Of a stretch of DNA of 64,000 nt, positions 45,598 to 55,394 are shown piece after piece. The DNA is from an uncultured Actinomycetes bacterium (GTDB taxonomy: Bacteria > Actinomycetota > Thermoleophilia > Gaiellales > Gaiellaceae). The translations under genes and the position numbers were made by a program. The stretch is taken from assembly GCA_963728535.1 (NCBI GenBank), contig CAVSKK010000002.1:7390-71389 (forward strand), in the 5' to 3' direction. The notes beneath the pieces are model-generated. The model saw only the letters and a program-made list of their open reading frames with translations, searched no databases and was not told the DNA's origin. The first letter of the stretch is position 1, and each line of letters starts with the position of its first letter.

Positions 45598-46944
45598 ATG
45601 AAGAAGACATGGCGATGGCCTCTTGCAGGCTTCGTCCTGGGGGGCCTGGTGGGGGCGACGTTCCTCACCGTGAACGTGGTGGGGGCGAGCAGCCCCGAGC
45701 CCGAAGGCGTCACGATCAGCTCGTTCGGACAGATCCTGCACACGCCGCCTTTGCTCGCGGAGGCGGGTCAGCCGGTCGAGCTCAGCTACGACGTCGTCTG
45801 CGGCGAGACGAAGGACGAGCCCGGCGGGACGTGCTCGCCGAAGGGCTCTGTGTTCGTCCGCGCGTCCGGGGCGGGCGGCTTCGTCGAGCACCCGCTGGAG
45901 CGGGAGCCCGACGGGCTTCTGTCCGCCGAGGTCTCGGCCGGGGACGGAGGATTCGACTACTACGCCGAGCTCGACAACGGCAGCGGCGAGACTGCGACGC
46001 TGCCCGAGGCGGCCGCCGTTGCCCCGCAGCACGTTTGGCCGCTCCAGAGCTGGACGACCGTCGACCTGGGCTTGGAGCGCTTCGGAGAGACGAGATCGCC
46101 CTCATCGGTCGTTGCGGAGCTCACCTGGGGCAAGGGGAGCCAGGCGGTCGGGCTCGACAGCGGCCAGGAGCAGTCGAGGATCGGGCCGTCGGCATTCGAC
46201 GTCGCTCCAGACGGCTCAATCGTCGTGCTCGACCAGGTGAACCACCGGCTGTCGAGGTTGCGCCCAGGCGCCGGGACGACGCAGCTGCCCATCACCTTCG
46301 CCGGCGGAGAAGGCGATCTTGCCGTTGGCGGTGATGGAACGATCTACGTCCTCGACGCCGGGGCGTCTCAGCCCGTCGTCCGCTCGTTCACACCGACCGG
46401 CGATCTGATCGCGGGCACTCCGTTGGCGGAGACGATTGCGGACATGGTCCGAGTCGGGCCGGACGGCCCCCTCGTGCATGCGTACCCGTCGGAGATGTGG
46501 CTACCGACGGGCCAGGGCCGTCCACCGCTCACCGCCGAGGAGCAGCTTGCGGGTGCACAGGTTGCTCGCAGCGTCGGCGGCGGGCTGGCGGTCGTCGTCA
46601 GCGCGTCTCCGGTCGAAACGAGGTTGGCTCTCGTACGCGGAGGAGATGTGGTCCGCGCCTGGCTCCTGCGGGGCACCACGACCCTGGGCGAGGTGCAGCT
46701 GGCCGAGCCTTACGGTGACGGCCTCCTCGTCGTCGTCAGGCTCTGGGACGAGGATCATGCGCAGTTCCGCGTCGTGCGGCTCACGCCCGACGGACTGGCC
46801 GCCACGTTTTCCGTCGAGCGGGCCGAGTGGGCCGAGACCGCGTCGGTCAGCCGCTTCCGCCTGCACGACAGCACGCTCTATCAATTGCGATCCAGCTCCT
46901 CCGGGGTTGAGATCGCCACGTTCGAGATCGGAGGGGCAAGATGA
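45598..46944 (+). CDS. secreted hypothetical protein (448 aa)
   Basis: AAGGAGG RBS and N-terminal TM/signal MKKTWRWPLAGFVLGGLVGATFL. Beta-rich sequence. ATGA-coupled to the downstream NlpC/P60 gene. Confidence 0.75.
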   Translation: MKKTWRWPLAGFVLGGLVGATFLTVNVVGASSPEPEGVTISSFGQILHTPPLLAEAGQPVELSYDVVCGETKDEPGGTCSPKGSVFVRASGAGGFVEHPLEREPDGLLSAEVSAGDGGFDYYAELDNGSGETATLPEAAAVAPQHVWPLQSWTTVDLGLERFGETRSPSSVVAELTWGKGSQAVGLDSGQEQSRIGPSAFDVAPDGSIVVLDQVNHRLSRLRPGAGTTQLPITFAGGEGDLAVGGDGTIYVLDAGASQPVVRSFTPTGDLIAGTPLAETIADMVRVGPDGPLVHAYPSEMWLPTGQGRPPLTAEEQLAGAQVARSVGGGLAVVVSASPVETRLALVRGGDVVRAWLLRGTTTLGEVQLAEPYGDGLLVVVRLWDEDHAQFRVVRLTPDGLAATFSVERAEWAETASVSRFRLHDSTLYQLRSSSSGVEIATFEIGGAR

Positions 46945-47576
46945 GATTGCGACCGAAGCTCCTGACCTTCATCCCCGGGCTCGTTGCGGGGTTGACGCTT
47001 GTCCTGCTGGCCTTCGGGGCGCCGGCGTCCGCGTACCACACGAACTTCCGGGCGCGCTGCAACGACTCCTGGTCCAACATCACCCCGCTCTCGCGCATGG
47101 ACGCTCGCTACTACGCCGCGATCGTCGCATCCGAGGGCTACCAGTGGGGAGGCGGCTGCTGGAACAACAACAACGCCGACGATTCACCGGGCGATCCACC
47201 GGGCGATCCGAACACCCGCGGCGAAGGGCCCGACTGTTCCGGCTTCACGTTCAAGGCCTGGCACGAGCGCGCCGAGACCTACGATCCCTGGTTCCGCTAC
47301 CACTCGTGGCTTCAAAACGTCCACGGCCCGTACACGGCGGCCGGCTTCAAGTCCGGCGCCGGCACGGCGAACATCACGGTCCCCAAGGCGAACACGGTCT
47401 ACATGGACGCCTTCGCCTCGACGTACCACATCGGGATGATCTATTACGCCCACACGGCCCAAAACCAGGACCTGATCATCGAGGCGAAGTGCGAAGCATG
47501 CGGAACCGGCGTCTGGACCCGGACGTACCGCGGTAACCCTGACTTCAGCGGTGTCAGGAGGCTCTACTGGCTTTGA
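46941..47576 (+). CDS. secreted NlpC/P60 (C40) family peptidase-like protein
   Basis: Signal peptide. YQWGGGCW...GPDCSGFTFKAW (nucleophile Cys) and STYHIGMIYY (His) with IIEAK. Confidence 0.75.
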   Translation: MRLRPKLLTFIPGLVAGLTLVLLAFGAPASAYHTNFRARCNDSWSNITPLSRMDARYYAAIVASEGYQWGGGCWNNNNADDSPGDPPGDPNTRGEGPDCSGFTFKAWHERAETYDPWFRYHSWLQNVHGPYTAAGFKSGAGTANITVPKANTVYMDAFASTYHIGMIYYAHTAQNQDLIIEAKCEACGTGVWTRTYRGNPDFSGVRRLYWL

Positions 47577-47612
47577 GGACGGAGCGAGGCGACTCGCTTT
47601 ACACTTCACTGG

Positions 47613-47861
47613 ATGGTCGAGCTTCTGTTCATGATGCTCATCCTGAAGCTGCCAATCCTCTACTTGGCCGGAGTCTGCTATTGGGCGATCAAGGCGGAGC
47701 CCGAGCCCAGGCCGCTCGAGGGCGCCCGGGTGAGGGCTCCCCTCGTTCCCGGCCCGAGCACACCTCCCCGGCGCCGGGCGCCCCGCCCCGGCTCGCACGG
47801 CCGGCCGGTCCGCCGCGAGGCGCGCAGGACTCGGCTCGCCGGCGCGAGGCCCGCGCGATGA
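47613..47861 (+). CDS. small membrane protein with Pro/Arg-rich tail
   Basis: MVELLFMMLILKLPILYLAGVCYWAI TM helix. The stop overlaps the next ATG. Confidence 0.45.
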   Translation: MVELLFMMLILKLPILYLAGVCYWAIKAEPEPRPLEGARVRAPLVPGPSTPPRRRAPRPGSHGRPVRREARRTRLAGARPAR

Positions 47862-48127
47862 GCACCACTCCCCTCGAGCACGAGCGCGGGCGCCCGGCCG
47901 AGATCGCGGCCGGCTACCTCGCGGCGATTTCGCTGACGGCGAGCGCGATCGCGCTGGTCTACCGGCCGGTCAGGCTCGCACCCTTCGCGATCCTCGTCGC
48001 CCTGGTCGCCGCCGCCCTCGCCAGCGACCGCAATTCGAAGCTCGCCGGGGCAGCCGTCGCAGCCGGAACCCTGGCGTGGCTCGTTGGCATGGCCATAGCT
48101 GTGCTTTTGAGTCGCCCCATCTACTGA
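47858..48127 (+). CDS. small two-to-three-TM membrane protein
   Basis: ATGA-coupled. AAGYLAAISLTASAIALVY...FAILVALVAAALA...LAWLVGMAIAVLL. Confidence 0.5.
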   Translation: MSTTPLEHERGRPAEIAAGYLAAISLTASAIALVYRPVRLAPFAILVALVAAALASDRNSKLAGAAVAAGTLAWLVGMAIAVLLSRPIY

Positions 48128-48168
48128 GCGCCCTCCTCGGAGGGGCTACTAGTGCTAGAACGAATCTG

Positions 48169-51060
48169 ATGAGTGTGCGCGACGTAGACGGTCTCAACGT
48201 TGGTTACGCCCAGGGCCTGCTAGAGCAGTACCTCGAGAACCCCGAGGCGGTGCCCGAAGAGTGGCGCGCGCTTTTCGAGAGCGGCGACGCCGGGCTGGCC
48301 GAGTCGCTGCCCGGCCTCGCCCGACTGTTGGCGACCCTGCGCGAGGGGAACGGCGCCCCAGCATCCGTGGAGCCTCCACCCGTCGCCGAGGTTCCGGAGC
48401 CGGCTCCGCCGGAGGCGCCTGTTGCCGAAACCGCGCCCGCAGCCGAACCGGCCCCGCCGATCGCGGACGAGACGCTCCTCGGCGCCGTTGCTGCTGCGAC
48501 CGCCCTCATCAAGGCCTACCGGACGCATGGGCATCTGGCCGCACGGCTCGACCCCCTCGGGTCCGAGCCCGTCGGCGACCCTGCCCTCGAGCCGGAGTGG
48601 CTCGTCCCCAAGCTGACACCCGAGCTCCAAGCGCAGATTCCGGCCGACGTGCTCCGCGTCTGGATCGAGGGCGAGACCCTCGCGGACGTCCTGCCCAGGC
48701 TGAAGGAAACCTACTGCGGGACGATCGCCTATGAGATCGAGCACATCTCCGACCACCAGGAGCGCGTCTGGCTCCGGCAGGCGATCGAGACTGGCCGTTA
48801 CCGGGAGCCACTCTCGACGGAAGAGCGACAGCGGCTGCTCGAGCAGCTGACCAAGGTCGAGGTCTTCGAGCACTACCTGCTGCGCGCGTTCCTCGGACAG
48901 AAGCAGTTCTCGATCGAGGGCCTCGACGTCCTCGTGCCGATGCTCGACGAGGCCGTCGAGCTTGCGGCGGAGGCGGGCGCACACGAGATCGTCATCGGCA
49001 TGGCGCACCGAGGCCGCTTGAACGTCCTCGCCCACATCATCGACCGTCCGTACGAGGAGATCCTGCGTGAGTTCGAGGGCGAGCGGACGATCGAGGCCGT
49101 CGCCGCAACGGCGGAGGGGGCAAGCGGCGACGTCAAGTACCACCTCGGGGCAGTCGGGCGGCGTGGCACCCACGCCGGGCAAGCCACGGTCATGCTCGCG
49201 GCCAACCCCAGCCATCTGGAGGCGGTCGATCCGGTCGTCGAAGGCATCACGAGAGCGGAGCAGACCGACCGCTCCTCGCGCGACGGCGAACACGACCCGT
49301 CGGTGGCGCAGCCCATCCTCATCCACGGCGACGCCTCGTTCCCGGGACAGGGCGTCGTCGCCGAGACCCTGAACCTCCAGCGCCTGATCGGCTATACGAC
49401 GGGCGGAACCCTGCACGTGATCGCGAACAACCAGGTCGGGTTCACCACCGACCCCGCCGACGGGCGCTCGACGCGGTATTCGAGCGACCTCGCGAAGGGC
49501 TTCGACAACCCGATCATCCACGTCAACGCCGACGATCCCGAAGCGGCGATCTCGGCGATCCGTCTCGCGAATGCTTTCCGGCAGCGCTTCGGAAGCGATG
49601 TCGTCGTCGACCTCGTGGGCTACCGGCGACACGGTCACAACGAGGGTGACGAGCCGGCGTTCACCCAGCCGCTGCTCGCCGAGCAGATCGCCGGCCAGCC
49701 GAGCGTGCGCACGCTCTACGCGCAGCAGCTCGCCGAGTCGGGCGAGGTCTCGGCCGAGGACGCCGAGCGGCTGGTTGAAGAGATGCAGGGTCGGATGCGA
49801 GCCGCGCACGAGACTCTCAAGACCTCCCTCTCGTCGCCCCCGCAGGCTGGGCACGGGGAGAGCACGCCGGTCTCCGCCGAGGCAACCGTCGAGACTGGGG
49901 TGCCGGCCGAGCGGCTTCGCGAGCTCTCCGCAGAGCTCGTCCATGTCCCCGACGGCTTCACCGTCAATCCGAAGCTCGTGCGGATGCTGGAGCGACGAAC
50001 CGAGGCGCTCGACACCGGCGCCATCGACTGGGGCCACGCCGAGTCGCTCGCGTTCGCGAGCCTGCTCGCCGAGGGCATCCCGATTCGACTCACCGGCCAG
50101 GACACCGAGCGGGGAACGTTCTCTCATCGCCACCTCGTCCTCCACGACGCACACACCGGCGCCCAGCACGCTCCGATCAAGCATCTGTCAGGGGCGGCCG
50201 CATCGTTCGAGGCGTACAACTCGCCGCTCTCGGAATACGCCGCGCTCGGCTTCGAGTACGGCTACTCGGTGACTGCCCCCGAGGCCCTCGTCCTGTGGGA
50301 GGGGCAATTCGGCGACTTCGTGAACGGCGCGCAGATCGTCGTCGACCAGTTCCTCGTCTCGGGGCTCGCCAAGTGGCGTCAGACGTCCCGGTTGACGCTA
50401 CTGCTTCCGCACGGGTACGAGGGCAACGGGCCCGAGCACTCGAGCGCCAGGCTCGAGCGCTTTCTCCAGCTGGCCGCACAGGAGAACATCCGAATCGTCA
50501 ACGCGACCACATCGGCGCAGTTCTTCCACCTGTTGCGCCGGCAGGCGCTCGATCCAAACGCTCGGCCGCTCGTCGTGATGACGCCGAAGGGCCTGCTGCG
50601 GCTCAAGGCAGCCGCGTCGACCCTCGCCGAGCTCGCGGATGGCCGCTTCGAACCGGTCCTCGACGACCCGAACGCAGACCGCGATCAGGTGACGAGGCTC
50701 GTTCTGGCGACCGGCAAGCTCTACTACGACATCGTCGGCCACGAGCTTCGGGCGCAGGCGCCGTCGGTCGCGGTCGCTCGCATCGAGCAGCTCTACCCGT
50801 TCCCGACCAAGGAGGCTGCAAGCCTCGTCGCCTCCTACCCGAGGCTCGCCGAAGTCGTCTGGGCGCAGGAGGAGCCGCAGAACATGGGCGCCTGGCGCGC
50901 GATCCGGCATCGGCTCGAGGAAGCCGTTGCCGGCCGGCCGCTGGGCTATGTGGGACGACGGTGGCGAGCGAGCCCGAGCGAGGGCTATCCGACCTCGCAC
51001 GCGCGCGTCCAGGACCAGATCGTGCGCGACGTCCTACAGCCCGCGCAGGCCCCGTCCTAA
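48169..51060 (+). CDS. sucA: 2-oxoglutarate dehydrogenase E1 component
   Basis: MSVRDVDGLNVGYAQGLLEQYL, Ala/Pro linker, AYRTHGHLAARLDPL, MAHRGRLNVL, ThDP region GDASFPGQGVV. ATG at 48169. Confidence 0.95.
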   Translation: MSVRDVDGLNVGYAQGLLEQYLENPEAVPEEWRALFESGDAGLAESLPGLARLLATLREGNGAPASVEPPPVAEVPEPAPPEAPVAETAPAAEPAPPIADETLLGAVAAATALIKAYRTHGHLAARLDPLGSEPVGDPALEPEWLVPKLTPELQAQIPADVLRVWIEGETLADVLPRLKETYCGTIAYEIEHISDHQERVWLRQAIETGRYREPLSTEERQRLLEQLTKVEVFEHYLLRAFLGQKQFSIEGLDVLVPMLDEAVELAAEAGAHEIVIGMAHRGRLNVLAHIIDRPYEEILREFEGERTIEAVAATAEGASGDVKYHLGAVGRRGTHAGQATVMLAANPSHLEAVDPVVEGITRAEQTDRSSRDGEHDPSVAQPILIHGDASFPGQGVVAETLNLQRLIGYTTGGTLHVIANNQVGFTTDPADGRSTRYSSDLAKGFDNPIIHVNADDPEAAISAIRLANAFRQRFGSDVVVDLVGYRRHGHNEGDEPAFTQPLLAEQIAGQPSVRTLYAQQLAESGEVSAEDAERLVEEMQGRMRAAHETLKTSLSSPPQAGHGESTPVSAEATVETGVPAERLRELSAELVHVPDGFTVNPKLVRMLERRTEALDTGAIDWGHAESLAFASLLAEGIPIRLTGQDTERGTFSHRHLVLHDAHTGAQHAPIKHLSGAAASFEAYNSPLSEYAALGFEYGYSVTAPEALVLWEGQFGDFVNGAQIVVDQFLVSGLAKWRQTSRLTLLLPHGYEGNGPEHSSARLERFLQLAAQENIRIVNATTSAQFFHLLRRQALDPNARPLVVMTPKGLLRLKAAASTLAELADGRFEPVLDDPNADRDQVTRLVLATGKLYYDIVGHELRAQAPSVAVARIEQLYPFPTKEAASLVASYPRLAEVVWAQEEPQNMGAWRAIRHRLEEAVAGRPLGYVGRRWRASPSEGYPTSHARVQDQIVRDVLQPAQAPS

Positions 51061-51260
51061 GGGCGGCGGCGGCGGCGCTGCCGCTCGACGGCGGCCTTGG
51101 CGAGCCTGGGGCCATGCTTTCGCGCCTGCGCGATGATCTGCCTGCGCTGCTGCTTGGGGATGCGGCGCCAGATGTCGAAAGCCGTCAGGGCGAGCCCGAC
51201 AGGCCCCATTTTGCGTGTCACCAATCGGCTGAGGCGCGGCACGGCCCGCATCCTAGCCAC
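51057..51260 (-). CDS. small basic hypothetical protein (67 aa)
   Basis: Clean ORF convergent with sucA, overlapping its stop. One hydrophobic segment and an Arg-rich C-terminus. Confidence 0.35.
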   Translation of the reverse strand: MARMRAVPRLSRLVTRKMGPVGLALTAFDIWRRIPKQQRRQIIAQARKHGPRLAKAAVERQRRRRRP

Positions 51261-51272
51261 GTTCTGGACGTC

Positions 51273-51920
51273 CTACTTGTCCTTCGGCCTGGCTCTCTTC
51301 TCGTCGGCCCGATCATCTTTGCTGCGCTCGTCCTTCGGCTCAGCGTCTTTCCGCCGGTCCGACTTTTCCGTCTTCGTCTTCTTTGGCTTCTTCGCCTCTC
51401 GAGGCGGCGGGCTCGTCTTCGGGCGCTCCTCGCCCTTCGCCTTCTTCGGCTTCTTCGTCTTTTCGGCGTGCGGGACGGGCTTCCAGGCCATCTGCTTCTT
51501 CGTCCTCTCGTGCTTCTTCGTCTTCTCGGGCTCGGCCGAGCTCACGCTGACGGAGAGCGACTCATCGGTGACTGGGCCGGGCTGGGACGGTCGCACGCGG
51601 TGTTCATGAGGCTTCGGCGAAGGCCGAACTCGCGCGATCGACGACGGGCGGGCGACCGGCGGAGGGACAACCGCGGGTTCAGTCGGGAGGGCCGGTGCAA
51701 CCGGGCGAGCCGGGTGCACGCGCGCGCGAGGAATCGGAGCCGCTTCGACGACCACGGGCGAGGGTGCACGCGGGATGGCGACCTGCACCATCGCGGGCTG
51801 TTTGGCGATCACGAACTTGCCCGGTAGGGCGAGCGAGGCCACCACGGCCGCCCCGAGCGCGAATCCAACGACGAGTTGTACAAAGGTCGGCCTCACGTCT
51901 CTCCCTCTTTCCGCCGACAA
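51273..51920 (-). CDS. membrane-anchored Pro-rich / Lys-rich protein
   Basis: TM helix FVQLVVGFALGAAVVASLAL, Pro/Ala/Val-rich spacer, highly charged KTKK/KPKK C-terminal tail. Confidence 0.55.
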   Translation of the reverse strand: MSAERGRDVRPTFVQLVVGFALGAAVVASLALPGKFVIAKQPAMVQVAIPRAPSPVVVEAAPIPRARVHPARPVAPALPTEPAVVPPPVARPSSIARVRPSPKPHEHRVRPSQPGPVTDESLSVSVSSAEPEKTKKHERTKKQMAWKPVPHAEKTKKPKKAKGEERPKTSPPPREAKKPKKTKTEKSDRRKDAEPKDERSKDDRADEKRARPKDK

Positions 51921-51970
51921 TGTTCGTATGACGTATCGGCATTACGGCGCGTCACTTTAAGGGGGCGCGA

Positions 51971-53761
51971 GTGGGAAGTTTCAAGGTCAGGCTTGCTGTC
52001 TACTTCGCGCTGGTCGCGGTGCTCCCATTTGCGGCCGCTTTCCAGGGTTTTCAGTCGCTTTCCAGGAAGAGCGAGACACGCCGGGTCGACGCCGTGCTCC
52101 AGTCAGGCCTGCGCTCGGCCATCGTCGCCTATCAGGACGACCTCGCCGGCACGCAGGACTCCGCCACCAGGTTTGCGAACAAGCGGGACCTTCAGCGAGC
52201 CTTGCTGACGAACGACCGCAGAGCGCTCGCGCGGATCGTCAGAGCTGCGCCGGACTTTCGCGTCGATGCGGGGCGACTGACGGTCGGCCGGACACCCACG
52301 CCTGCCGTGACGCGCGTTGTGTCCGTGCGCGGGCCTGACGGCCGCCTCGCCGACGTGATTGCAGCCTTGCCGCTCGACGCAAAGCTTGCCCGCAGCCTCG
52401 AGCGTCGCGCCGGGATCGAGCCCGGCCAGCGACTCGTCTTCGTCGAACAAGGGCGCGTCGTCACCGGCTCCGGTCTCCCCGGCGCAAAGCTCCTGCTTCA
52501 AGCCGGCCAGACTGAACCGGTCGATCTCGGCGGCACTGATTACCGAGCCATCCAGTCCGGACCACTGAGCATGCCTGAGGGGACCAGGATTCTGCTCCTG
52601 ACGCCGCAGAGTGCGATCGATCGCGCCACGGCGTCCACCGAGCGGCGGCTGATGCTGACCATGCTGATCACGCTCGTCCTGCTGATGCTGATCGCGTACT
52701 TCGAGGGGCGATCGATCGTGAGCAGGCTCAGCAGCTTCGCCGCGGCTGCGAACGACATCGCGCGCGGCCGGCTCGACCGCCGAGTGAAGATCAAGGGCCG
52801 GGACGAGTTTGCCCGGCTCGGCCTGGCCTTCAACGAGATGGCCGACGAGCTCGAAGCCCGGCGGCGCGAGCTCGACGAGGAGCGCCGTCGCCTCCGTGAC
52901 GCCACGATGCGCTTCGGCGAGGCGCTCTCGGCCACCCACGACCCGGCCGAGCTGCTCCGAGTGTTCGTCGAAACCGCTGTCGAGTCGACGGGCGCCAGTG
53001 GAGGCGTGTTCGTCGACGAGCAGGGCGAAATCGTGCGAATTGGCGATCCCGACGCCGGCGCAAAGGAGCTCGCGTTGCCCGTGACAGCAGGAGAGGAGAC
53101 CTTCGGGACGCTCGTCCTCTCGGGCGACGACTTCACGCAGGACCAGACCGAGACGGCGAATTGGCTGGCCGGTCATGCCGCGATTGCGGTCGGGAACGCC
53201 CGCTTGCACCGAGCCGTGCAACGCCAGGCGCTCGTGGACGGTCTCACCGGCCTCGCAAACCGCCGCCCATGCGAGGATGCGTTGAAGAGGGAAGTCGCTC
53301 GCGCAAAGCGCCTCGGCGACCCGCTGACGATCATCGTCGCCGACCTGGACGACTTCAAGGCCGTGAACGACGCGCACGGCCATCCCACCGGCGACAAGGT
53401 GCTGCGCGAGTTCGCGGAGGCGCTGAAGGCGAGCGTCCGCGAGGTCGACGTCGCGAGTCGCTGGGGCGGCGAGGAGTTCGTCGTCGTCCTGCCGGGCACT
53501 GATGAAGCCGGAGGCGCGCGAGTCGCCGAGCGCATCCGTGAGGAGTTCGCGCTGCGTGCGGCGCTGGCCCCGAGCGGCCGGCCGATCATCTCGACGGCCA
53601 GCTTCGGGGTCGCCGGTTTTGCCGGACGAGGCGGCACGAGTGAGCTCCTGGCAGCCGCCGACGCCGCTCTCTACAGGGCAAAACGGGCAGGCAAAGACCG
53701 GGTTGCCACTGGAAAAGGCCCGGACGAGCCCGACGTGCAGGCCGCTCGGTTGGGCGCCTGA
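51971..53761 (+). CDS. diguanylate cyclase (periplasmic sensor - HAMP - GAF - GGDEF)
   Basis: Two TM helices, HAMP (RLSSFAAAANDIARGRLDRRVKIKGRDEFARLGLAFNEMADEL), GAF-like region, active site RWGGEEF. Confidence 0.92.
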   Translation: MGSFKVRLAVYFALVAVLPFAAAFQGFQSLSRKSETRRVDAVLQSGLRSAIVAYQDDLAGTQDSATRFANKRDLQRALLTNDRRALARIVRAAPDFRVDAGRLTVGRTPTPAVTRVVSVRGPDGRLADVIAALPLDAKLARSLERRAGIEPGQRLVFVEQGRVVTGSGLPGAKLLLQAGQTEPVDLGGTDYRAIQSGPLSMPEGTRILLLTPQSAIDRATASTERRLMLTMLITLVLLMLIAYFEGRSIVSRLSSFAAAANDIARGRLDRRVKIKGRDEFARLGLAFNEMADELEARRRELDEERRRLRDATMRFGEALSATHDPAELLRVFVETAVESTGASGGVFVDEQGEIVRIGDPDAGAKELALPVTAGEETFGTLVLSGDDFTQDQTETANWLAGHAAIAVGNARLHRAVQRQALVDGLTGLANRRPCEDALKREVARAKRLGDPLTIIVADLDDFKAVNDAHGHPTGDKVLREFAEALKASVREVDVASRWGGEEFVVVLPGTDEAGGARVAERIREEFALRAALAPSGRPIISTASFGVAGFAGRGGTSELLAAADAALYRAKRAGKDRVATGKGPDEPDVQAARLGA

Positions 53762-53823
53762 GCGGCGCTAGGTTACAATCCGCGACCACCTGCAAACGCG
53801 ACCGACCGACCTGGGAGGCCCGA

Positions 53824-54117
53824 ATGCCGGTAGAGACGCCTTCCGTCTTTGCCAACGTCATACAGGAGCACCTCGAGCTCAAGCGCCGTAACTCGGAGCT
53901 CGAGTCGGACATGCCCCTGCAGAAGTACGAGACCGAGGATCCGTTCGAGAATCACCCGCTCTTCAAGACCGAAGAGCAGGCGCGGACCGAGGAGACGATG
54001 GACGGCGAAGAGTCCATCCCGGCCGAGCAGCTGGCAACCCTCGCTCCGCAGCCCGAGCAGCCCCAGGAAGAGGACACGCTCTGGGGCCGTTCGCGGGACT
54101 TCGACTGGGGCGACTAG
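53824..54117 (+). CDS. small acidic hypothetical protein (97 aa)
   Basis: GGGAGG RBS and a TACAAT-like box upstream. Glu/Asp-rich sequence ending WGRSRDFDWGD. Confidence 0.55.
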   Translation: MPVETPSVFANVIQEHLELKRRNSELESDMPLQKYETEDPFENHPLFKTEEQARTEETMDGEESIPAEQLATLAPQPEQPQEEDTLWGRSRDFDWGD

Positions 54118-54491
54118 CCGGTCTGCGCCACGGGCGCGGGACTCGCGAAAAGTGCTGCGCACTTTCCGCGCGTAGCGGCACGCCTCAGCAAGGAACGACG
54201 CAGCGGCGGCCTCGCCCATGCCACGATCGACGGCGTTGCGGCGGCTCATAGCGGCGCGCAGTTAGGCGGGCTAAATCGGCTCACTTCTGAGACGTGCCCG
54301 TGCGACTTTGGCGGGTACGCTCAGCCCGGGTGGCGGGTGGAAATCTCTTCCCCACCCGGGTGGGGAGCTTCGGCCGTCGCAGGGGCGGCCGTTTCCTCGC
54401 CAATGCCCTCCTGGCCCGCTCGGTCACCGGTTTTCGAGTGGCCGTTTCGGGTAGGTCGAATCGAAACCTGCCAGCGAGTCAGAGGAGCCGC

Positions 54492-54935
54492 ATGTTGCGA
54501 TTTTTCAGATACGTGGGCCTTGGGGCCCTGATTGCCTACTTCTTCGACCCCGACAATGGGCATCGCCGCCGCGCACTCGCGCGTGACCGGATCCCGGCGC
54601 TTCTTCGGGGCAGCTCCGAGCAAACCCGGCGTGCCGTCAAGTCCGAGGTGAAGGCGACGACGAAGAAATTGGCGCACCGCAAGGAAGCCGAGAAGCCCCA
54701 GCCCGACGACGTGACGCTTGCCCGCAAGGTCGAGACCGAGATCTTCCGCGACGCCGACGTCCCGAAGGGGCAGATCAACGTCAACGCGGAGAACGGCAAG
54801 GTCGTCCTGCGGGGCGAGGTCGAGCAGCCGTCGATGATCAAGGATCTCGAAGAGCGGACCCGGAAGGTCCAAGGCGTTCGCGAGGTCGAGAACCTGCTCC
54901 ACACCCCAGGCGACGCCGCGCCGGTGGCTAACTAG
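54492..54935 (+). CDS. BON domain-containing protein
   Basis: Internal ATG at 54492 after GAGGAG. TM helix, then a BON-like segment DDVTLARKVETEIFRDADVPKGQINVNAENGKVVLRGEV. Confidence 0.75.
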   Translation: MLRFFRYVGLGALIAYFFDPDNGHRRRALARDRIPALLRGSSEQTRRAVKSEVKATTKKLAHRKEAEKPQPDDVTLARKVETEIFRDADVPKGQINVNAENGKVVLRGEVEQPSMIKDLEERTRKVQGVREVENLLHTPGDAAPVAN

Positions 54936-55384
54936 GTCCGCGCGCGACGGAAAAGCGGGAGCGCGTACCAGAACCACGCGAAGAAGGCCGCGGTCGCGGC
55001 CGCGGCGAGTGCTGCGCTCGTCGCGTCGAAGAGCAGGTCGGTGACGACGAAGACCGTGCCCGCAATCGCGATCGCCAGGAGCACCGTGCCGGCGATCGCA
55101 AGCCGGTTGGAGACCACGAGTAGGTGCTCCTTGTCCGCCTGGCGCCAGTTCAGCCGGTGATAGGCGGACGGTGCGATCAGGAGCGCCGTCGCGGCCGCAG
55201 CGCACATGAACGTCAGGAAGTAGACGTCGCGCTGCAGCTCGCTCGTCTGGCTGAACCGCTGGGTGAACGGAACACCGAGGAGGAACGCGAAGAGCACCTG
55301 CACGCCCGGCAGCACGACGCGGAGCTCGTTCAGGAGCTCGATCAACTCCCGGTCGAGCTGCTCGTCCTTGGTCTCGTCCGGCAA
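54932..55384 (-). CDS. DUF6328-family membrane protein
   Basis: DRELIELLNELRVVLPGVQVLFAFLL...SAYHRL pattern, 3-4 TM helices. Confidence 0.75.
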   Translation of the reverse strand: MPDETKDEQLDRELIELLNELRVVLPGVQVLFAFLLGVPFTQRFSQTSELQRDVYFLTFMCAAAATALLIAPSAYHRLNWRQADKEHLLVVSNRLAIAGTVLLAIAIAGTVFVVTDLLFDATSAALAAAATAAFFAWFWYALPLFRRART

Positions 55385-55394
55385 ACCGCGGAGC

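Noticed and set aside
48220-50184. 654-aa minus-strand ORF
   Set aside because: It is antisense to sucA and has no motifs.
53773-54249. 158-aa minus ORF overlapping the small acidic protein gene
   Set aside because: The plus-strand ORF has an RBS, a promoter-like box and a more natural composition. The minus ORF is Arg/Leu-rich.
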